Assembly (NCBI RefSeq): GCF_052938775.1
Contig: NZ_CM129038.1
Length of the DNA stretch: 32,000 nt
Strand: one strand, 5' to 3'
Position numbers and translations under genes: made by a program. Of this stretch, positions 1-12,489 are shown piece after piece (within the stretch, counting starts at the first letter, position 1; every line of letters starts with the position of its first letter). Under the pieces are notes generated by a model that was not told the origin of the DNA, ran no database searches, and saw only the letters and a program-made list of their open reading frames with translations.

Positions 1-934
1 GGCTAACGGAACGACCTACGACAACGACGATAAGTAGCGCACCGGAAAGGGCGCTGGACACCTGATTTGGCACTCCTGCCATTTGCAAACCTTGTTGCAA
101 ATATCCCACTAATAAAACCGCAATGGCGGTGCCGATAATGGAACCGGAACCACCATAAATATTGGCACCGCCAAGCACCACGGCGGTGATGGCGGGCATC
201 AGAAACGACGCACCGAGATCGGAACGTGCTGAACCAAAATACGACACCAGCAGCACAGCGGCGACCGCAGACGCCAGCCCCGTCATGGCATAGAGCGCAC
301 ATAAGGTGCGGTTAACTGGAATCGCGCTATAAAGCGCCACGCGCGGGCTTTGCCCAATCAAAAACACATTACGTCCGGCATGGGTTTTATGCAGCCAGAG
401 CCAGAAAACGAGGAGACATATCAGGAAGATAATCAGCGGAACGGGGAGTCCCAGCACATCCAGGTTAGCGAAATCTGTAAACGCCATCGGGAATCCACCA
501 ATACCTTCGTACCCCGTCGCTCCGGCCATCCCGGAAAGCAGTAGGGCGCTTCCGGCAAACAGATACAGCGTGCCAAGCGTAATCACCAGCGGGTTAACTT
601 TGGTATAGATAATTAATCCGGCGTTGATCAGCCCGCACAATGCGCCGAGCAGTAAGGTCAGGAGAATCGCCAGCGGCATCGGCACACCACTTTGAAACAG
701 TACGCCCAATGCAATGGCGCAGAGGCCGATGGTCGAACCAAACGAAATATCGATCCCGCCACTGACAATCACCAGCGTCAGCGGTAGGGCGACAATGCCA
801 ATGCAGATAAAGTCACTGGTGCTGAACAGCAACATATTGAGATCTAACATTCGCGGGTTAATTGCACCAAATGCGACAATCTCAATAACGAGCAGTGCGG
901 CAAGAGCCAGTTCCCAACCGTAGCGAATACGCAT
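1..934 (-). CDS. lsrD: AI-2 ABC transporter permease LsrD, C-terminal end cut by window edge
   Basis: Absent from the ORF track because it has no stop inside the window. The reverse strand from ATG at 934-932 reads [11 protein letters not shown]... and stays open to position 1 (last codons ...[11 protein letters not shown]). The start overlaps the lsrC stop (TAATG). It is a hydrophobic multi-TM permease and follows lsrA-lsrC as in the E. coli lsrACDBFG operon. Confidence 0.9.
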   Translation of the reverse strand, partial: MRIRYGWELALAALLVIEIVAFGAINPRMLDLNMLLFSTSDFICIGIVALPLTLVIVSGGIDISFGSTIGLCAIALGVLFQSGVPMPLAILLTLLLGALCGLINAGLIIYTKVNPLVITLGTLYLFAGSALLLSGMAGATGYEGIGGFPMAFTDFANLDVLGLPVPLIIFLICLLVFWLWLHKTHAGRNVFLIGQSPRVALYSAIPVNRTLCALYAMTGLASAVAAVLLVSYFGSARSDLGASFLMPAITAVVLGGANIYGGSGSIIGTAIAVLLVGYLQQGLQMAGVPNQVSSALSGALLIVVVVGRSVS

Positions 935-1962
935 TATGCGGCCTCCCGTTTTTTACCTGACGAAGCGGGTTTAACGGATGGCGGTGGCGTCATAAAGCGG
1001 GCATATTTTTGCCGCCGTAGATTACGTTCCAGCGCACAACGCAGGCGTCCATCAAACACCAGCACCGCCAGCAGCACGAGGCCCGCGATAAAATCGTTCC
1101 ACCATGCCGGAATGCGCAACAGCACCAGTACGCTATCGATCTGCGTCAGGAACCATGCGCCGAGTACCGCACCGATGATCGCACCGGAACCGCCGAGCAA
1201 ACTAATGCCGCCCAGCACGCAGGCTGCAATTGCTTTCATCTCCAGCCCGGTACCGGTCTGGTTGGGGATAAAACCAATCTGCGAAGCAAACACAATTCCC
1301 GCCAGTGCCGCCATGCAGCCGTTCAACGAAAATGCCACAATGCGAATGGCTTCCGTACGAACACCCAGTTGACGAGCGCCCTGTAAATTATCGCCCGTGG
1401 CATAAAAACTGCGTCCAAACGCCGTCTTTGCCAGCAGCCAGGCCATAAATGCCACCAGAATTATCGTCAACCAACCAATCGCGGAAACGCCAAACAGCAG
1501 CGGTGCGGAGAGCTGTTTCAGTTCGGCGGGTAACCCTTCAATCCATTTACCGCCAGTCCACAGCAACATGATGCCTCTGTACAACCCTAACGTGCCAAGG
1601 GTGGCAACAATGGCAGGGATTTTTAGCCACGCGACCAGGACACCGTTGAAAAATCCCGCGAGCAAACCAAGCAGTAAAGTCGCGACACAAGCAACAGGTA
1701 GTGAATACCCCGCGTTCAGTAACATCCCCAACAGCACTGCGCACATTCCGGTAATCGAACCCACTGAAACATCAATATTGCGCGTAAGCATTACCAGCGT
1801 CGCGCCCATTGCCAGCAGGATCAGGATTTGCGCGCTGCTATAAACCATGGTCAGCGTTTGCACACTTAAATACTGGCGGTCGAGAAAACCGGGTAATGCA
1901 AACAGCAGCACCACCGCCAGCAGTGCCGTGATTTCACGGTTGTTCTGAATAAACTTCAGCAT
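934..1962 (-). CDS. lsrC: AI-2 ABC transporter permease LsrC
   Basis: 342-aa ORF ([21 protein letters not shown]...), a very hydrophobic ribose-type ABC permease. It is translationally coupled to lsrA upstream (7-nt overlap) and to lsrD downstream. The length matches E. coli LsrC. Confidence 0.93.
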   Translation of the reverse strand: MLKFIQNNREITALLAVVLLFALPGFLDRQYLSVQTLTMVYSSAQILILLAMGATLVMLTRNIDVSVGSITGMCAVLLGMLLNAGYSLPVACVATLLLGLLAGFFNGVLVAWLKIPAIVATLGTLGLYRGIMLLWTGGKWIEGLPAELKQLSAPLLFGVSAIGWLTIILVAFMAWLLAKTAFGRSFYATGDNLQGARQLGVRTEAIRIVAFSLNGCMAALAGIVFASQIGFIPNQTGTGLEMKAIAACVLGGISLLGGSGAIIGAVLGAWFLTQIDSVLVLLRIPAWWNDFIAGLVLLAVLVFDGRLRCALERNLRRQKYARFMTPPPSVKPASSGKKREAA

Positions 1963-3491
1963 GATGCCTCCTGACGCTGACTATCGCCGAAGGCAACGCG
2001 CATAATAGTCTCGACATTAATATCGCGCCCGGTCAGTGCAGAGTGGGTAATTTCGCCCTGATGCATCACATACACACGATCTGTCATCAGTTCGATCTCT
2101 TCCAGATCAGAGGAGATAAGCAGCACAGCCACATTCTGTGCGGCGATGCTGCGCAACAGCTGGTAGATATCATTACGTGCCGAGACATCCACGCCGCGCG
2201 TAGGCTCATCGACAATCAATACTTGCGGCGAAGCTTCCAGGCATTTGGCAATGAGGATTTTTTGCTGGTTGCCACCGGATAATGTCCGTGCAGCTTGTTC
2301 CGGTTGGTTAAATTTAATATTCAGCGCCCGACGATAACGTTCCAGGGTGGCATTATCTTTCGCGGTTTTCGCCCAGAATCCACGAAGGTTATGAGTAAGG
2401 GCGCAGACGTTCCAGGCCAGCGAAGCATCGAGATTCAGTCCGGATGACTGGCGATCTTCCGGCAGATAAACCAGACCGCGCAGTAAACGTTCTCCAGTGG
2501 ATAATTTATTGATCTCTTTACCATTCAGCATAATGCGTCCGCCACGCAAAGTACGCAGACCATAGAGCGTCTCGGCCAGTTCTGTGCGTCCGGCTCCCAC
2601 CAGCCCAGCCAGGCCCAGAATTTCTCCGGCATTGAGCGTCAGGCTGACATTCCTGAAACCTTCGCCGGTCAGATTTTCCAGTGTCAGCACCGGCGTTCCG
2701 GCAGCATGTTGTGGGCGGTTACCAGGTAACTCCAGCCATAATTTTTGGCTGGCAGAGAGCGATTTTTCCCGTACCGCTGGGGTGATGGCCTGAATAATGT
2801 CGTCGGTAGACAGTTCGCTGGTTTTGCCGCTTAAGGCGATGGTTCCGTCGCGCATCACGCTAATTCGATCGGCAATCTGGCGAATTTCCGGCAGCTTATG
2901 CGAGATAAAAACAATACCCACGCCAGTAGCAAGCAGCTCTTGCAAGCGACTAAACAAGCGTTCGGTTTCCGCAGGGGTAAGCGAGGCGGTAGGTTCATCG
3001 AGGATCAGAATCCGCGAGTCGCGCATCAGCCCGCGGAGGATTTCCACCATTTGGCGATCGGCGACATCCAGCGATCCTGCCAGACTATGCAGATCAAACT
3101 GGCAGCCCAGCGCCGCCAGCAAGTTCTTCATTTTTTGCATGGAGAGCTGTTTTTTTGCCATCCCAAACAGGATGTTTTCTTTTATCGACAGGCTTGGGAA
3201 AAGCAGCGGTTCCTGGGGAACGAGATAAATGCCCAGCTGATGAGCATGAACTGGCGTTAATCTGGCGTAGTTGTTGCCCCCAATCTCCAGCGTACCGCTA
3301 TCAGCAGGGGTAATACCGGCAATAATCTTCATTAACGTCGATTTACCGGCACCATTGCCGCCGAGCAGGGCGTGGACCTCCCCCTGATGCAACGTAAAAT
3401 CGATGCCTTTCAGGACATTGACCCCTGAATACTGTTTATAAACCGAGCGGGCGCAAAGTAGCGGTAACGCGCGGGTATCACTCGTTTGCAT
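1956..3491 (-). CDS. lsrA: AI-2 ABC transporter ATP-binding protein LsrA (duplicated ATPase)
   Basis: 511-aa ORF with two ABC cassettes: Walker [10 protein letters not shown] and GLVGAGRTE, Walker B ILILDEPT and VLIVDEPT, signature [15 protein letters not shown] Shine-Dalgarno lies before the ATG at 3491. Confidence 0.95.
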   Translation of the reverse strand: MQTSDTRALPLLCARSVYKQYSGVNVLKGIDFTLHQGEVHALLGGNGAGKSTLMKIIAGITPADSGTLEIGGNNYARLTPVHAHQLGIYLVPQEPLLFPSLSIKENILFGMAKKQLSMQKMKNLLAALGCQFDLHSLAGSLDVADRQMVEILRGLMRDSRILILDEPTASLTPAETERLFSRLQELLATGVGIVFISHKLPEIRQIADRISVMRDGTIALSGKTSELSTDDIIQAITPAVREKSLSASQKLWLELPGNRPQHAAGTPVLTLENLTGEGFRNVSLTLNAGEILGLAGLVGAGRTELAETLYGLRTLRGGRIMLNGKEINKLSTGERLLRGLVYLPEDRQSSGLNLDASLAWNVCALTHNLRGFWAKTAKDNATLERYRRALNIKFNQPEQAARTLSGGNQQKILIAKCLEASPQVLIVDEPTRGVDVSARNDIYQLLRSIAAQNVAVLLISSDLEEIELMTDRVYVMHQGEITHSALTGRDINVETIMRVAFGDSQRQEASC

Positions 3492-3522
3492 ATTTCCCCC
3501 GTTCAGTTTTGCAGGTGAGTTT

Positions 3523-3555
3523 TGAACAAATGTATTTCTGCTTTTAATTTGTTCA
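3523..3555. promoter_or_regulatory. 33-bp inverted repeat TGAACA-N21-TGTTCA next to the lsrA start; candidate LsrR operator
   Basis: TGAACAAATGTATTTCTGCTTTTAATTTGTTCA lies about 30 bp upstream of lsrA. It has the same geometry as the second copy at 3691-3723 beside lsrR. Confidence 0.6.
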
Positions 3556-3655
3556 TAACCTTAGGTGGACATTGCACATATTTCCGACGAATAGATCACA
3601 ATTTATGCTATTTTGATTTTCACGGTTGCGTTTGTTCATGCTCGTAGAGTCAAAC

Positions 3656-3671
3656 TGTGGCTGCCATCACA
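3656..3671. promoter_or_regulatory. CRP-binding-site-like palindrome in the lsrA/lsrR divergent region
   Basis: TGTGG-CTGCCA-TCACA matches the TGTGA-N6-TCACA consensus at 9 of 10 half-site positions. The lsr operon is known to depend on cAMP-CRP. Confidence 0.55.
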
Positions 3672-3690
3672 GATATAAATGCGCAAGAAC

Positions 3691-3723
3691 TGAACAATTG
3701 CATTAAAGATTTAAATATGTTCA
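3691..3723. promoter_or_regulatory. 33-bp inverted repeat TGAACA-N21-TGTTCA just upstream of lsrR; candidate LsrR operator
   Basis: TGAACAATTGCATTAAAGATTTAAATATGTTCA ends 17 bp before the lsrR ATG. Its half sites and spacing are identical to 3523-3555. Confidence 0.6.
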
Positions 3724-3739
3724 AAGTGAAGAATGAATT

Positions 3740-4693
3740 ATGACAATCAACGATTCGGCAATTTCAGAACAGGGAATGTGTGAAGAAGAACAGGTCGCGC
3801 GGATCGCGTGGTTTTACTATCACGACGGGCTGACCCAGAGCGAGATCAGCGATCGTCTCGGCCTGACCCGTTTGAAAGTGTCGCGCTTGCTGGAGAAAGG
3901 GCATCAGTCCGGCATTATTCGCGTACAGATTAATTCTCGCTTTGAAGGCTGTCTGGAATATGAAACTCAATTACGTCGTCAGTTTTCGCTGCAACATGTC
4001 CGGGTGATCCCTGGGCTTGCGGATGCTGATGTCGGCGGGCGACTGGGGATAGGCGCGGCGCATATGTTGATGAGTTTACTTCAACCACAACAGATGCTGG
4101 CGATTGGTTTTGGCGAGGCAACCATGAATACGCTGCAACGCTTAAGTGGTTTTATTTCGTCACAGCAAATTCGCCTGGTCACGCTCTCCGGTGGCGTCGG
4201 TTCTTATATGACGGGTATCGGGCAGCTTAACGCGGCGTGCAGTGTGAATATTATTCCGGCTCCGTTGCGGGCATCCTCCGCTGACATTGCCCGTACGCTA
4301 AAAAATGAAAATTGCGTCAAAGATGTTCTGTTAGCCGCGCAAGCAGCCGATGTGGCGATTGTCGGCATTGGGGCCGTCAGTCAACAGGACGACACGACGA
4401 TCATTCGCTCCGGTTATATCAGCCAGGGCGAACAGTTAATGATTGGTCGAAAAGGGGCGGTTGGCGACATTTTAGGCTACTTTTTTGATGCAAAAGGTGA
4501 CGTTGTCACGGATATTAAAATACATAACGAACTGATTGGCTTACCTTTAAGCTCGCTGAAGACCATACCCGTCCGGGTTGGCGTGGCAGGGGGAGAAAAT
4601 AAAGCCGAAGCAATTGCCGCTGCAATGAAAGGCGGTTATATCAACGCACTGGTTACCGATCAGGACACAGCAGCGGCGATTTTACGTAGTTAA
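3740..4693 (+). CDS. lsrR: SorC/DeoR-family repressor of the lsr operon, LsrR
   Basis: 317-aa ORF with an N-terminal HTH ([24 protein letters not shown]) and a sugar-phosphate-binding C-domain. It is divergent from lsrA and followed by lsrK. Confidence 0.93.
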   Translation: MTINDSAISEQGMCEEEQVARIAWFYYHDGLTQSEISDRLGLTRLKVSRLLEKGHQSGIIRVQINSRFEGCLEYETQLRRQFSLQHVRVIPGLADADVGGRLGIGAAHMLMSLLQPQQMLAIGFGEATMNTLQRLSGFISSQQIRLVTLSGGVGSYMTGIGQLNAACSVNIIPAPLRASSADIARTLKNENCVKDVLLAAQAADVAIVGIGAVSQQDDTTIIRSGYISQGEQLMIGRKGAVGDILGYFFDAKGDVVTDIKIHNELIGLPLSSLKTIPVRVGVAGGENKAEAIAAAMKGGYINALVTDQDTAAAILRS

Positions 4694-4771
4694 ATTTGCA
4701 TGACCTTATTACCGGGAATGATGGAGAACGTATAGAGGAACAGACAGAACGCATAAGCCGAGGATAATCTA

Positions 4772-6364
4772 ATGGCTCGACTCTTTACCCCTTCAGAATC
4801 AAAATATTACCTGATGGCGCTGGATGCAGGTACCGGAAGTATTCGGGCTGTGATATTCGACCTGGAAGGCAATCAAATAGCAGTGGGACAGGCGGAGTGG
4901 CGGCACCTGGCAGTACCGGACGTTCCTGGTTCTATGGAATTTGATCTCAACAAAAACTGGCAACTGGCGTGTGAGTGTATGCGCCAGGCGCTGCACAACG
5001 CCGGCATAGCCCCGGAGTATATCGCTGCCGTTTCGGCATGTTCGATGCGTGAAGGCATTGTTTTATATAATAATGAAGGAGCCCCGATCTGGGCCTGCGC
5101 CAATGTGGATGCCAGAGCGGCACGCGAAGTTAGCGAACTTAAAGAACTGCACAACAATACCTTTGAAAACGAAGTTTATCGCGCGACCGGACAAACACTG
5201 GCTTTAAGTGCCATCCCCAGATTACTTTGGCTGGCGCACCATCGTTCCGATATTTACCGTCAGGCATCAACCATCACCATGATCAGCGACTGGCTGGCCT
5301 ATATGCTCAGCGGCGAACTGGCGGTGGATCCCTCTAACGCTGGCACCACGGGACTTCTTGATCTAACCACCCGTGACTGGAAACCTGCATTGCTGGATAT
5401 GGCTGGCCTACGTGCCGATATTCTTTCTCCTGTCAAAGAAACCGGCACATTGCTGGGCGTGGTAAGTTCACAAGCGGCGGAACTCTGCGGTCTGAAGGCG
5501 GGCACTCCGGTGGTCGTTGGAGGAGGCGACGTGCAGCTTGGTTGCCTTGGGTTAGGCGTTGTGCGTCCGGCACAAACCGCGGTTCTTGGCGGCACATTCT
5601 GGCAGCAAGTTGTAAATTTAGCCGCGCCGGTGACAGACCCAGAAATGAACGTGCGCGTTAATCCTCATGTTATTCCTGGCATGGTACAAGCTGAATCTAT
5701 AAGCTTTTTTACCGGACTCACCATGCGCTGGTTCCGCGATGCTTTCTGTGCCGAAGAAAAACTGATTGCCGAACGTTTAGGCATCGACACCTATACGCTG
5801 CTGGAAGAGATGGCCAGTCGGGTGCCGCCTGGGTCGTGGGGCGTAATGCCGATCTTCTCCGACAGAATGCGCTTTAAAACCTGGTATCACGCTGCGCCTT
5901 CCTTTATTAACTTGTCCATTGACCCGGATAAATGTAACAAAGCGACATTGTTCCGTGCGCTGGAAGAAAATGCGGCGATTGTATCAGCGTGTAACTTGCA
6001 GCAAATTGCTGATTTCTCGAATATTCATCCTTCATCGTTAGTCTTTGCAGGCGGAGGTTCAAAAGGGAAATTATGGAGTCAAATTCTCGCTGATGTCTCG
6101 GGATTACCCGTCAATATTCCGGTGGTCAAAGAAGCCACTGCATTAGGATGTGCCATTGCAGCTGGCGTCGGTGCCGGAATTTTTTCATCAATGGCAGAAA
6201 CCGGAGAACGCCTGGTTCGCTGGGAACGGACGCACACACCAGACCCGGAAAAGCATGAACTTTATCAGGATTCACGCGATAAGTGGCAGGCAGTTTATCA
6301 GGATCAGCTGGGGCTGGTTGATCATGGACTGACGACGTCGTTATGGAAAGCGCCTGGGTTATAG
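4772..6364 (+). CDS. lsrK: Autoinducer-2 kinase LsrK (FGGY carbohydrate kinase family)
   Basis: 530-aa ORF with the FGGY-type N-terminus [19 protein letters not shown] and C-terminal [18 protein letters not shown]. An AGGA SD is present upstream. Confidence 0.93.
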   Translation: MARLFTPSESKYYLMALDAGTGSIRAVIFDLEGNQIAVGQAEWRHLAVPDVPGSMEFDLNKNWQLACECMRQALHNAGIAPEYIAAVSACSMREGIVLYNNEGAPIWACANVDARAAREVSELKELHNNTFENEVYRATGQTLALSAIPRLLWLAHHRSDIYRQASTITMISDWLAYMLSGELAVDPSNAGTTGLLDLTTRDWKPALLDMAGLRADILSPVKETGTLLGVVSSQAAELCGLKAGTPVVVGGGDVQLGCLGLGVVRPAQTAVLGGTFWQQVVNLAAPVTDPEMNVRVNPHVIPGMVQAESISFFTGLTMRWFRDAFCAEEKLIAERLGIDTYTLLEEMASRVPPGSWGVMPIFSDRMRFKTWYHAAPSFINLSIDPDKCNKATLFRALEENAAIVSACNLQQIADFSNIHPSSLVFAGGGSKGKLWSQILADVSGLPVNIPVVKEATALGCAIAAGVGAGIFSSMAETGERLVRWERTHTPDPEKHELYQDSRDKWQAVYQDQLGLVDHGLTTSLWKAPGL

Positions 6365-6372
6365 TTTCATTG

Positions 6373-6409
6373 ACAGCCACATCATGATGACCGTGGCTGT
6401 TAGTTTTTG
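6373..6409 (+). terminator. Rho-independent terminator after lsrK
   Basis: Stem ACAGCCAC (6373-6380) pairs with GTGGCTGT (6393-6400) and is followed by TAGTTTTT. Confidence 0.7.
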
Positions 6410-6894
6410 AGTATAGTTATTCTTATTTCCCTTCTTTTAGAGCTGGCTTGTTAAAAGCCAGCTTGCAGATTCATCGTTCCATCACCAGTACTATATTCAA
6501 GGGAAAATTGCTATTTTTCTTAAAGCATTAAGCACAACCCTTATTTTATGGCGAATATTCCTAAAGACACTAATGGATGCAAAAGGGGTTTAATAAACTT
6601 CGATTTTTAGCAATTAGTGCTATTCTTTGTTAAATATGATGATGATAATTTTCCTATTGAAAGAAACAGTTTTCTTATTAAGCAACAATAACTCATAGTT
6701 CATGTTTAAATAAAATAAGAACTATGCAATTTTTAATCTATCAATTCGAAAGCATTAGCAAATTAGCCAAATTGACACCTTCCCACCTCCAACTAACACT
6801 CAATACAGACCTCTGACAATTTAATAAGTTTCATTTTTAATGTCTGACGACTCATCTCTTTCGTGGCTGTATTGTTTGTATATGGAGCGTTTAT

Positions 6895-9800
6895 ATGAAT
6901 AGAATCTATCGCGTGATATGGAATTGCACTCTACAGGTATTTCAGGCCTGCTCGGAATTAACTCGCAGGGCAGGTAAAACATCGACGGTTAATTTGCGTA
7001 AATCCTCTGGACTGACAACGAAATTCAGTAGATTGACGCTGGGTGTTTTGCTGGCACTAAGCGGTTCAGCGTCTGGTGCAAGTCTGGAAGTTGATAATGT
7101 TCAGATTACCAATATTGATACTGATGTTGCTTATGATGCCTACCTGGTTGGCTGGTATGGCACTGGAGTGCTTAATATTTTGGCTGGCGAACCACTATTA
7201 CTACCAGCGTCATTGGCGCTAATGAGGACTCAGAGGGCACCGTTAATGTTTTGGGTGGCACCTGGCGATTGTATGATAGCGGAAATAATGCAAGGCCTTT
7301 AAATGTGGGTCAATCCGGAACGGGGACGCTGAATATTAAACAGAAGGGTCACGTCGATGGAGGCTATTTAAGATTAGGTTCTTCGACAGGAGGCGTCGGG
7401 ACGGTCAATGTTGAGGGAGAGGACTCTGTTCTGACGACCGAATTATTCGAAATAGGGAGTTACGGTACGGGCTCATTAAATATTACGGATAAGGGTTACG
7501 TCACGAGTTCAATCGTCGCCATTTTAGGCTATCAGGCGGGCAGTAATGGCCAGGTTGTCGTTGAAAAGGGTGGCGAGTGGCTAATAAAAAATAACGATTC
7601 CTCAATTGAATTTCAAATTGGTAATCAAGGGATGGGGGAAGCGACTATTCGCGAGGGGGGGCTGGTTACGGCTGAAAATACGATTATCGGTGGCAATGCC
7701 ACCGGTGTCGGAACCCTGAATGTGCAGGATCAAGACTCTGTCATCACGGTACGCAGACTCTATAATGGATATTTCGGTAATGGCGCAGTCAATATTTCCA
7801 ATAATGGACTAATTAATAACAAAGAATATTCATTGGTGGGCGTTGAAGACGGTTCCCACGGTGTCGTCAACGTGACCGATAAAGGGCATTGGAGTTTCCT
7901 CGGAACAGGCGAAGCTTTCCGCTATATCTATATCGGTGATGCTGGTGACGGTGAACTTAATGTCTCGCGTGAAGGTAAAGTAGATTCGGGAATTATCACT
8001 GCGGGGATGAAAGAAACAGGCACAGGCAACATTACTGTTAAGGATAAGAACTCCGTTATCACTAATCTCGGAACTAATCTTGGTTATGACGGCCACGGCG
8101 AAATGAATATCAGTAATGAGGGGCTTGTTGTCAGCAACGGAGGAAGCTCACTCGGTTATGGAGAAAACGGCGTCGGGAATGTCAGCATCACCACGGGGGG
8201 GATGTGGGAGGTCAATAAGAATGTCTATACCACCATTGGTGTTGCGGGCGTCGGAAACCTCAATATTAGCGATGGCGGTAAGTTTGTATCGCAAAATATT
8301 ACTTTTTTGGGCGATAAAGCAAGCGGTATCGGCACACTGAACCTGATGGATGGGACATCATCGTTCGATACTGTGGGTATCAATGTCGGTAATTTTGGTA
8401 GCGGTATCGTAAATGTCAGTAATGGTGCCACCCTTAATTCAACGGGCTATGGATTTATCGGAGGAAATGCCTCCGGTAAAGGGATAGTTAATATTTCAAC
8501 GGATAGTCTCTGGAATTTAAAGACATCATCTACTAACGCCCAATTGCTACAGGTCGGTGTATTAGGCACGGGTGAACTGAATATTACCACCGGAGGTATA
8601 GTTAAAGCGCGTGATACACAGATAGCTCTCAATGACAAAAGTAAGGGCGACGTGAGGGTGGATGGGCAGAACTCTCTTCTTGAAACATTCAATATGTACG
8701 TAGGGACATCTGGTACGGGTACGTTAACCCTGACGAATAGCGGCACGCTGAATGTCGAAGGTGGAGAAGTTTACTTAGGTGTTTTTGAACCTGCTGTAGG
8801 AACGCTAAACATTGGTGCAGCTCACGGTGAGGCGGCGGCAGATGCCGGGTATATAACCAACGCGACGAAAGTAGAGTTTGGTTCTGGCGAAGGTGTTTTT
8901 GTCTTTAATCATACTAATAACAGTGATGCCGGCTACCAGGTCGATATGCTGATTACGGGTGACGATAAAGACGGAAAAGTGATCCATGATGCAGGCCATA
9001 CGGTGTTCAATGCAGGGAATACTTATAGCGGTAAAACGCTGGTCAATGACGGCCTCCTGACCATTGCGTCTCATACGGCAGATGGGGTAACGGGCATGGG
9101 TTCGAGTGAAGTCACCATTGCAAGCCCCGGTACGCTCGACATTCTCGCATCAACGAACAGTGCAGGAGATTACACGCTGACCAATGCGCTCAAAGGCGAT
9201 GGTTTGATGCGAGTGCAGCTGTCATCCTCCGACAAGATGTTTGGCTTTACCCATGCAACAGGGACTGAATTCGCCGGTGTTGCCCAACTGAAAGACAGTA
9301 CCTTCACTCTGGAACGCGACAACACCGCTGCGCTTACTCACGCGATGTTGCAGTCTGACAGTGAAAATACCACATCGGTAAAAGTGGGAGAGCAATCCAT
9401 TGGTGGACTGGCCATGAATGGCGGTACGCTCATTTTCGATACGGATATTCCTGCTGCGACGCTTGCAGAGGGATATATCAGCGTCGATACGCTGGTTGTC
9501 GGCGCGGGTGACTACACCTGGAAAGGCCGTAACTATCAGGTAAACGGGACGGGCGACGTGCTTATCGACGTGCCTAAACCGTGGAATGATCCCATGGCGA
9601 ATAACCCTCTGACGACGCTCAATTTGCTGGAACACGACGATAGCCATGTCGGCGTTCAACTGGTGAAGGCGCAAACGGTTATTGGGTCGGGTGGCTCATT
9701 AACGTTACGTGATTTACAGGGCGACGAGGTGGAAGCGGACAAAACGTTACACATTGCGCAAAACGGAACGGTGGTCGCCGAGGGTGATTATGGATTCCGC

Positions 9801-12302
9801 CTCACGACCGCACCAGGTGATGGTTTGTACGTTAACTATGGGCTGAAAGCGCTGAACATCCATGGTGGGCAAAAGCTGACGTTAGCCGAACATGGCGGAG
9901 CCTATGGCGCAACGGCCGATATGTCGGCAAAAATCGGTGGTGAAGGGGATCTGGCAATCAATACGGTGCGACAGGTTTCGCTTTCCAACGGTCAGAACGA
10001 CTATCAGGGGGCAACCTACGTTCAGATGGGGACATTACGTACCGATGCGGATGGTGCACTTGGCAACACCCGGGAACTGAACATCAGCAACGCGGCCATC
10101 GTCGATCTTAATGGATCGACGCAGACGGTAGAGACATTCACGGGGCAGATGGGTTCGACTGTTTTGTTCAAAGAGGGGGCGCTGACGGTAAATAAAGGTG
10201 GGATCAGTCAGGGTGAACTGACAGGTGGCGGAAACCTGAATGTTACAGGGGGAACGCTGGCTATCGAGGGGCTTAATGCACGCTACAATGCGTTAACCAG
10301 CATTAGCCCAAATGCGGAAGTCAGCCTCGATAATACTCAGGGGTTAGGCAGAGGAAATATTGCCAATGACGGTCTGTTAACGCTAAAAAACGTGACTGGC
10401 GAACTGCGTAATAGCATAAGCGGGAAGGGTATCGTGAGCGCAACCGCCAGGACAGATGTAGAGCTGGATGGCGATAATAGCCGCTTTGTGGGGCAATTCA
10501 ACATTGATACAGGCAGCGCGCTCAGCGTCAACGAGCAGAAAAACCTGGGTGATGCTTCCGTTATCAATAATGGCCTGCTCACCATCTCCACTGAGCGTAG
10601 CTGGGCGATGACGCACAGTATCAGCGGTAGCGGTGATGTGACAAAACTGGGTACCGGGATCCTGACTCTTAACAACGATTCCGCGGCGTATCAGGGTACG
10701 ACGGATATCGTGGGGGGGGAAATTGCTTTCGGTTCCGACTCTGCCATTAATATGGCAAGTCAACACATTAATATCCATAACAGCGGTGTGATGTCGGGAA
10801 ATGTCACCACTGCAGGTGATGTGAACGTTATGCCTGGGGGGACACTGCGTGTCGCTAAAACCACAATCGGCGGCAACCTGGAGAATGGCGGCACGGTTCA
10901 AATGAATAGCGAAGGGGGGAAACCGGGGAATGTACTGACCGTTAACGGCAACTATACCGGAAACAATGGCCTGATGACGTTCAACGCGACGCTGGGCGGC
11001 GATAATTCGCCCACCGATAAAATGAACGTGAAAGGCGATACCCAAGGGAACACTCGCGTTCGGGTTGATAACATTGGCGGCGTCGGTGCACAAACGGTCA
11101 ACGGTATTGAACTCATTGAGGTTGGCGGTAATTCTGCAGGTAACTTCGCGCTGACCACCGGAACTGTCGAAGCTGGGGCTTACGTCTACACGCTGGCTAA
11201 AGGGAAGGGGAATGACGAGAAAAACTGGTATCTGACCAGTAAATGGGACGGCGTAACGCCAGCGGATACACCCGATCCCATCAATAATCCCCCTGTTGTG
11301 GATCCGGAAGGCCCATCAGTTTATCGCCCGGAGGCCGGAAGCTATATCAGCAACATTGCCGCAGCCAACTCGCTGTTTAGCCATCGTTTACACGACCGTC
11401 TGGGTGAGCCGCAGTATACAGATTCACTGCATTCTCAGGGGTCGGCAAGCAGTATGTGGATGCGTCATGTCGGAGGGCACGAACGTTCAAGGGCCGGTGA
11501 CGGTCAGCTAAATACTCAGGCTAACCGCTATGTATTGCAGCTAGGCGGCGATTTGGCGCAGTGGAGTAGCAACGCGCAGGATCGCTGGCATCTTGGCGTG
11601 ATGGCAGGTTACGCTAATCAGCACAGTAATACTCAGAGTAATCGTGTGGGTTATAAATCGGATGGGCGCATCAGCGGTTACAGCGCTGGGCTGTACGCGA
11701 CCTGGTATCAGAACGATGCGAATAAGACCGGCGCTTATGTTGACAGCTGGGCGCTGTATAACTGGTTTGATAACAGCGTCAGTTCCGATAACCGTTCTGC
11801 TGACGACTATGATTCTCGCGGTGTGACGGCCTCTGTTGAGGGTGGGTATACCTTTGAAGCGGGAACATTTAGCGGCAGCGAAGGGACGCTGAATACCTGG
11901 TACGTCCAGCCACAGGCGCAAATCACCTGGATGGGTGTGAAAGATTCCGACCATACCCGGAAAGACGGAACGCGCATTGAAACGGAAGGCGACGGAAATG
12001 TGCAAACGCGACTTGGGGTGAAAACCTACCTGAACAGCCATCACCAGCGTGACGATGGTAAACAGCGTGAGTTCCAGCCTTACATTGAAGCGAATTGGAT
12101 CAACAACAGCAAAGTCTACGCCGTGAAGATGAATGGTCAAACCGTAGGCCGTGAAGGTGCGCGTAATCTCGGTGAAGTACGTACCGGGGTTGAGGCGAAA
12201 GTAAATAACAACCTTAGCCTGTGGGGGAATGTCGGTGTGCAACTAGGTGATAAAGGCTATAGCGATACTCAGGGCATGCTGGGAGTGAAATATAGCTGGT
12301 AA
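6895..12302 (+). pseudogene. yneO: AIDA-I-type (type Va) autotransporter adhesin, interrupted by one frameshift near 7186-7192
   Basis: The 6895 frame begins with an extended signal peptide (MNRIYRVIWNCTLQVFQACSELTRR...LALSGSASGA) and ends at 7302. A second frame, open from 7176 to 12302 (track ORF 7251..12302), continues the passenger: many G(T/S)GxLNI beta-helix repeats, the junction PPVVDPEGPSVYRPEAGSYISNIAAANSLF, and a C-terminal beta-barrel ending GVKYSW. The reading ...LNILAG then TTITTSVIGANEDSEGTVNV needs a 1-nt correction at GGC-GA-ACC. Without the frameshift the protein would be about 1,800 aa. Confidence 0.85.
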
Positions 12303-12309
12303 ACCGTAT

Positions 12310-12338
12310 AAGCCGCATGTCGAGATGGCATGCGGCTT
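12310..12338 (+). terminator. Stem-loop after the autotransporter gene (probable terminator)
   Basis: AAGCCGCATG (12310-12319) pairs with CATGCGGCTT (12329-12338) around a 9-nt loop, 8 nt after the stop codon. There is no clear T-tract. Confidence 0.5.
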
Positions 12339-12375
12339 AATATTGCCGACTTCAAAGGCTTTAAAGCCTCCCTTT

Positions 12376-12489
12376 TATCCGCGATCGCGGATATCGCAGC
12401 GTTTATCCCGTACAGCGGATAAGATGTGTTTCCAGATTGACTTTATCCTCACTAAAGGATAAAACTGATAATATCCCCTTAAGCGGATA
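12376..12489 (+). promoter_or_regulatory. hipBA promoter/operator region with four HipB operators TATCC-N8-GGATA
   Basis: TATCCGCGATCGCGGATA (12376-12393), TATCCCGTACAGCGGATA (12404-12421), TATCCTCACTAAAGGATA (12444-12461) and TATCCCCTTAAGCGGATA (12472-12489). These match the known HipB operator consensus. Confidence 0.9.

Noticed and set aside
3-923. Track ORFs 3..302(-), 350..544(+) and 714..923(+)
   Set aside because: All lie inside the lsrD coding region in the wrong frame or strand. The true lsrD frame is missing from the track only because its stop is outside the window.
9222-12242. Long minus-strand ORFs inside the autotransporter gene (9222..9674, 10383..11093, 11541..12242)
   Set aside because: They are typical shadow ORFs antisense to a long, repeat-rich coding region. 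They have no independent start signals and non-protein-like composition.
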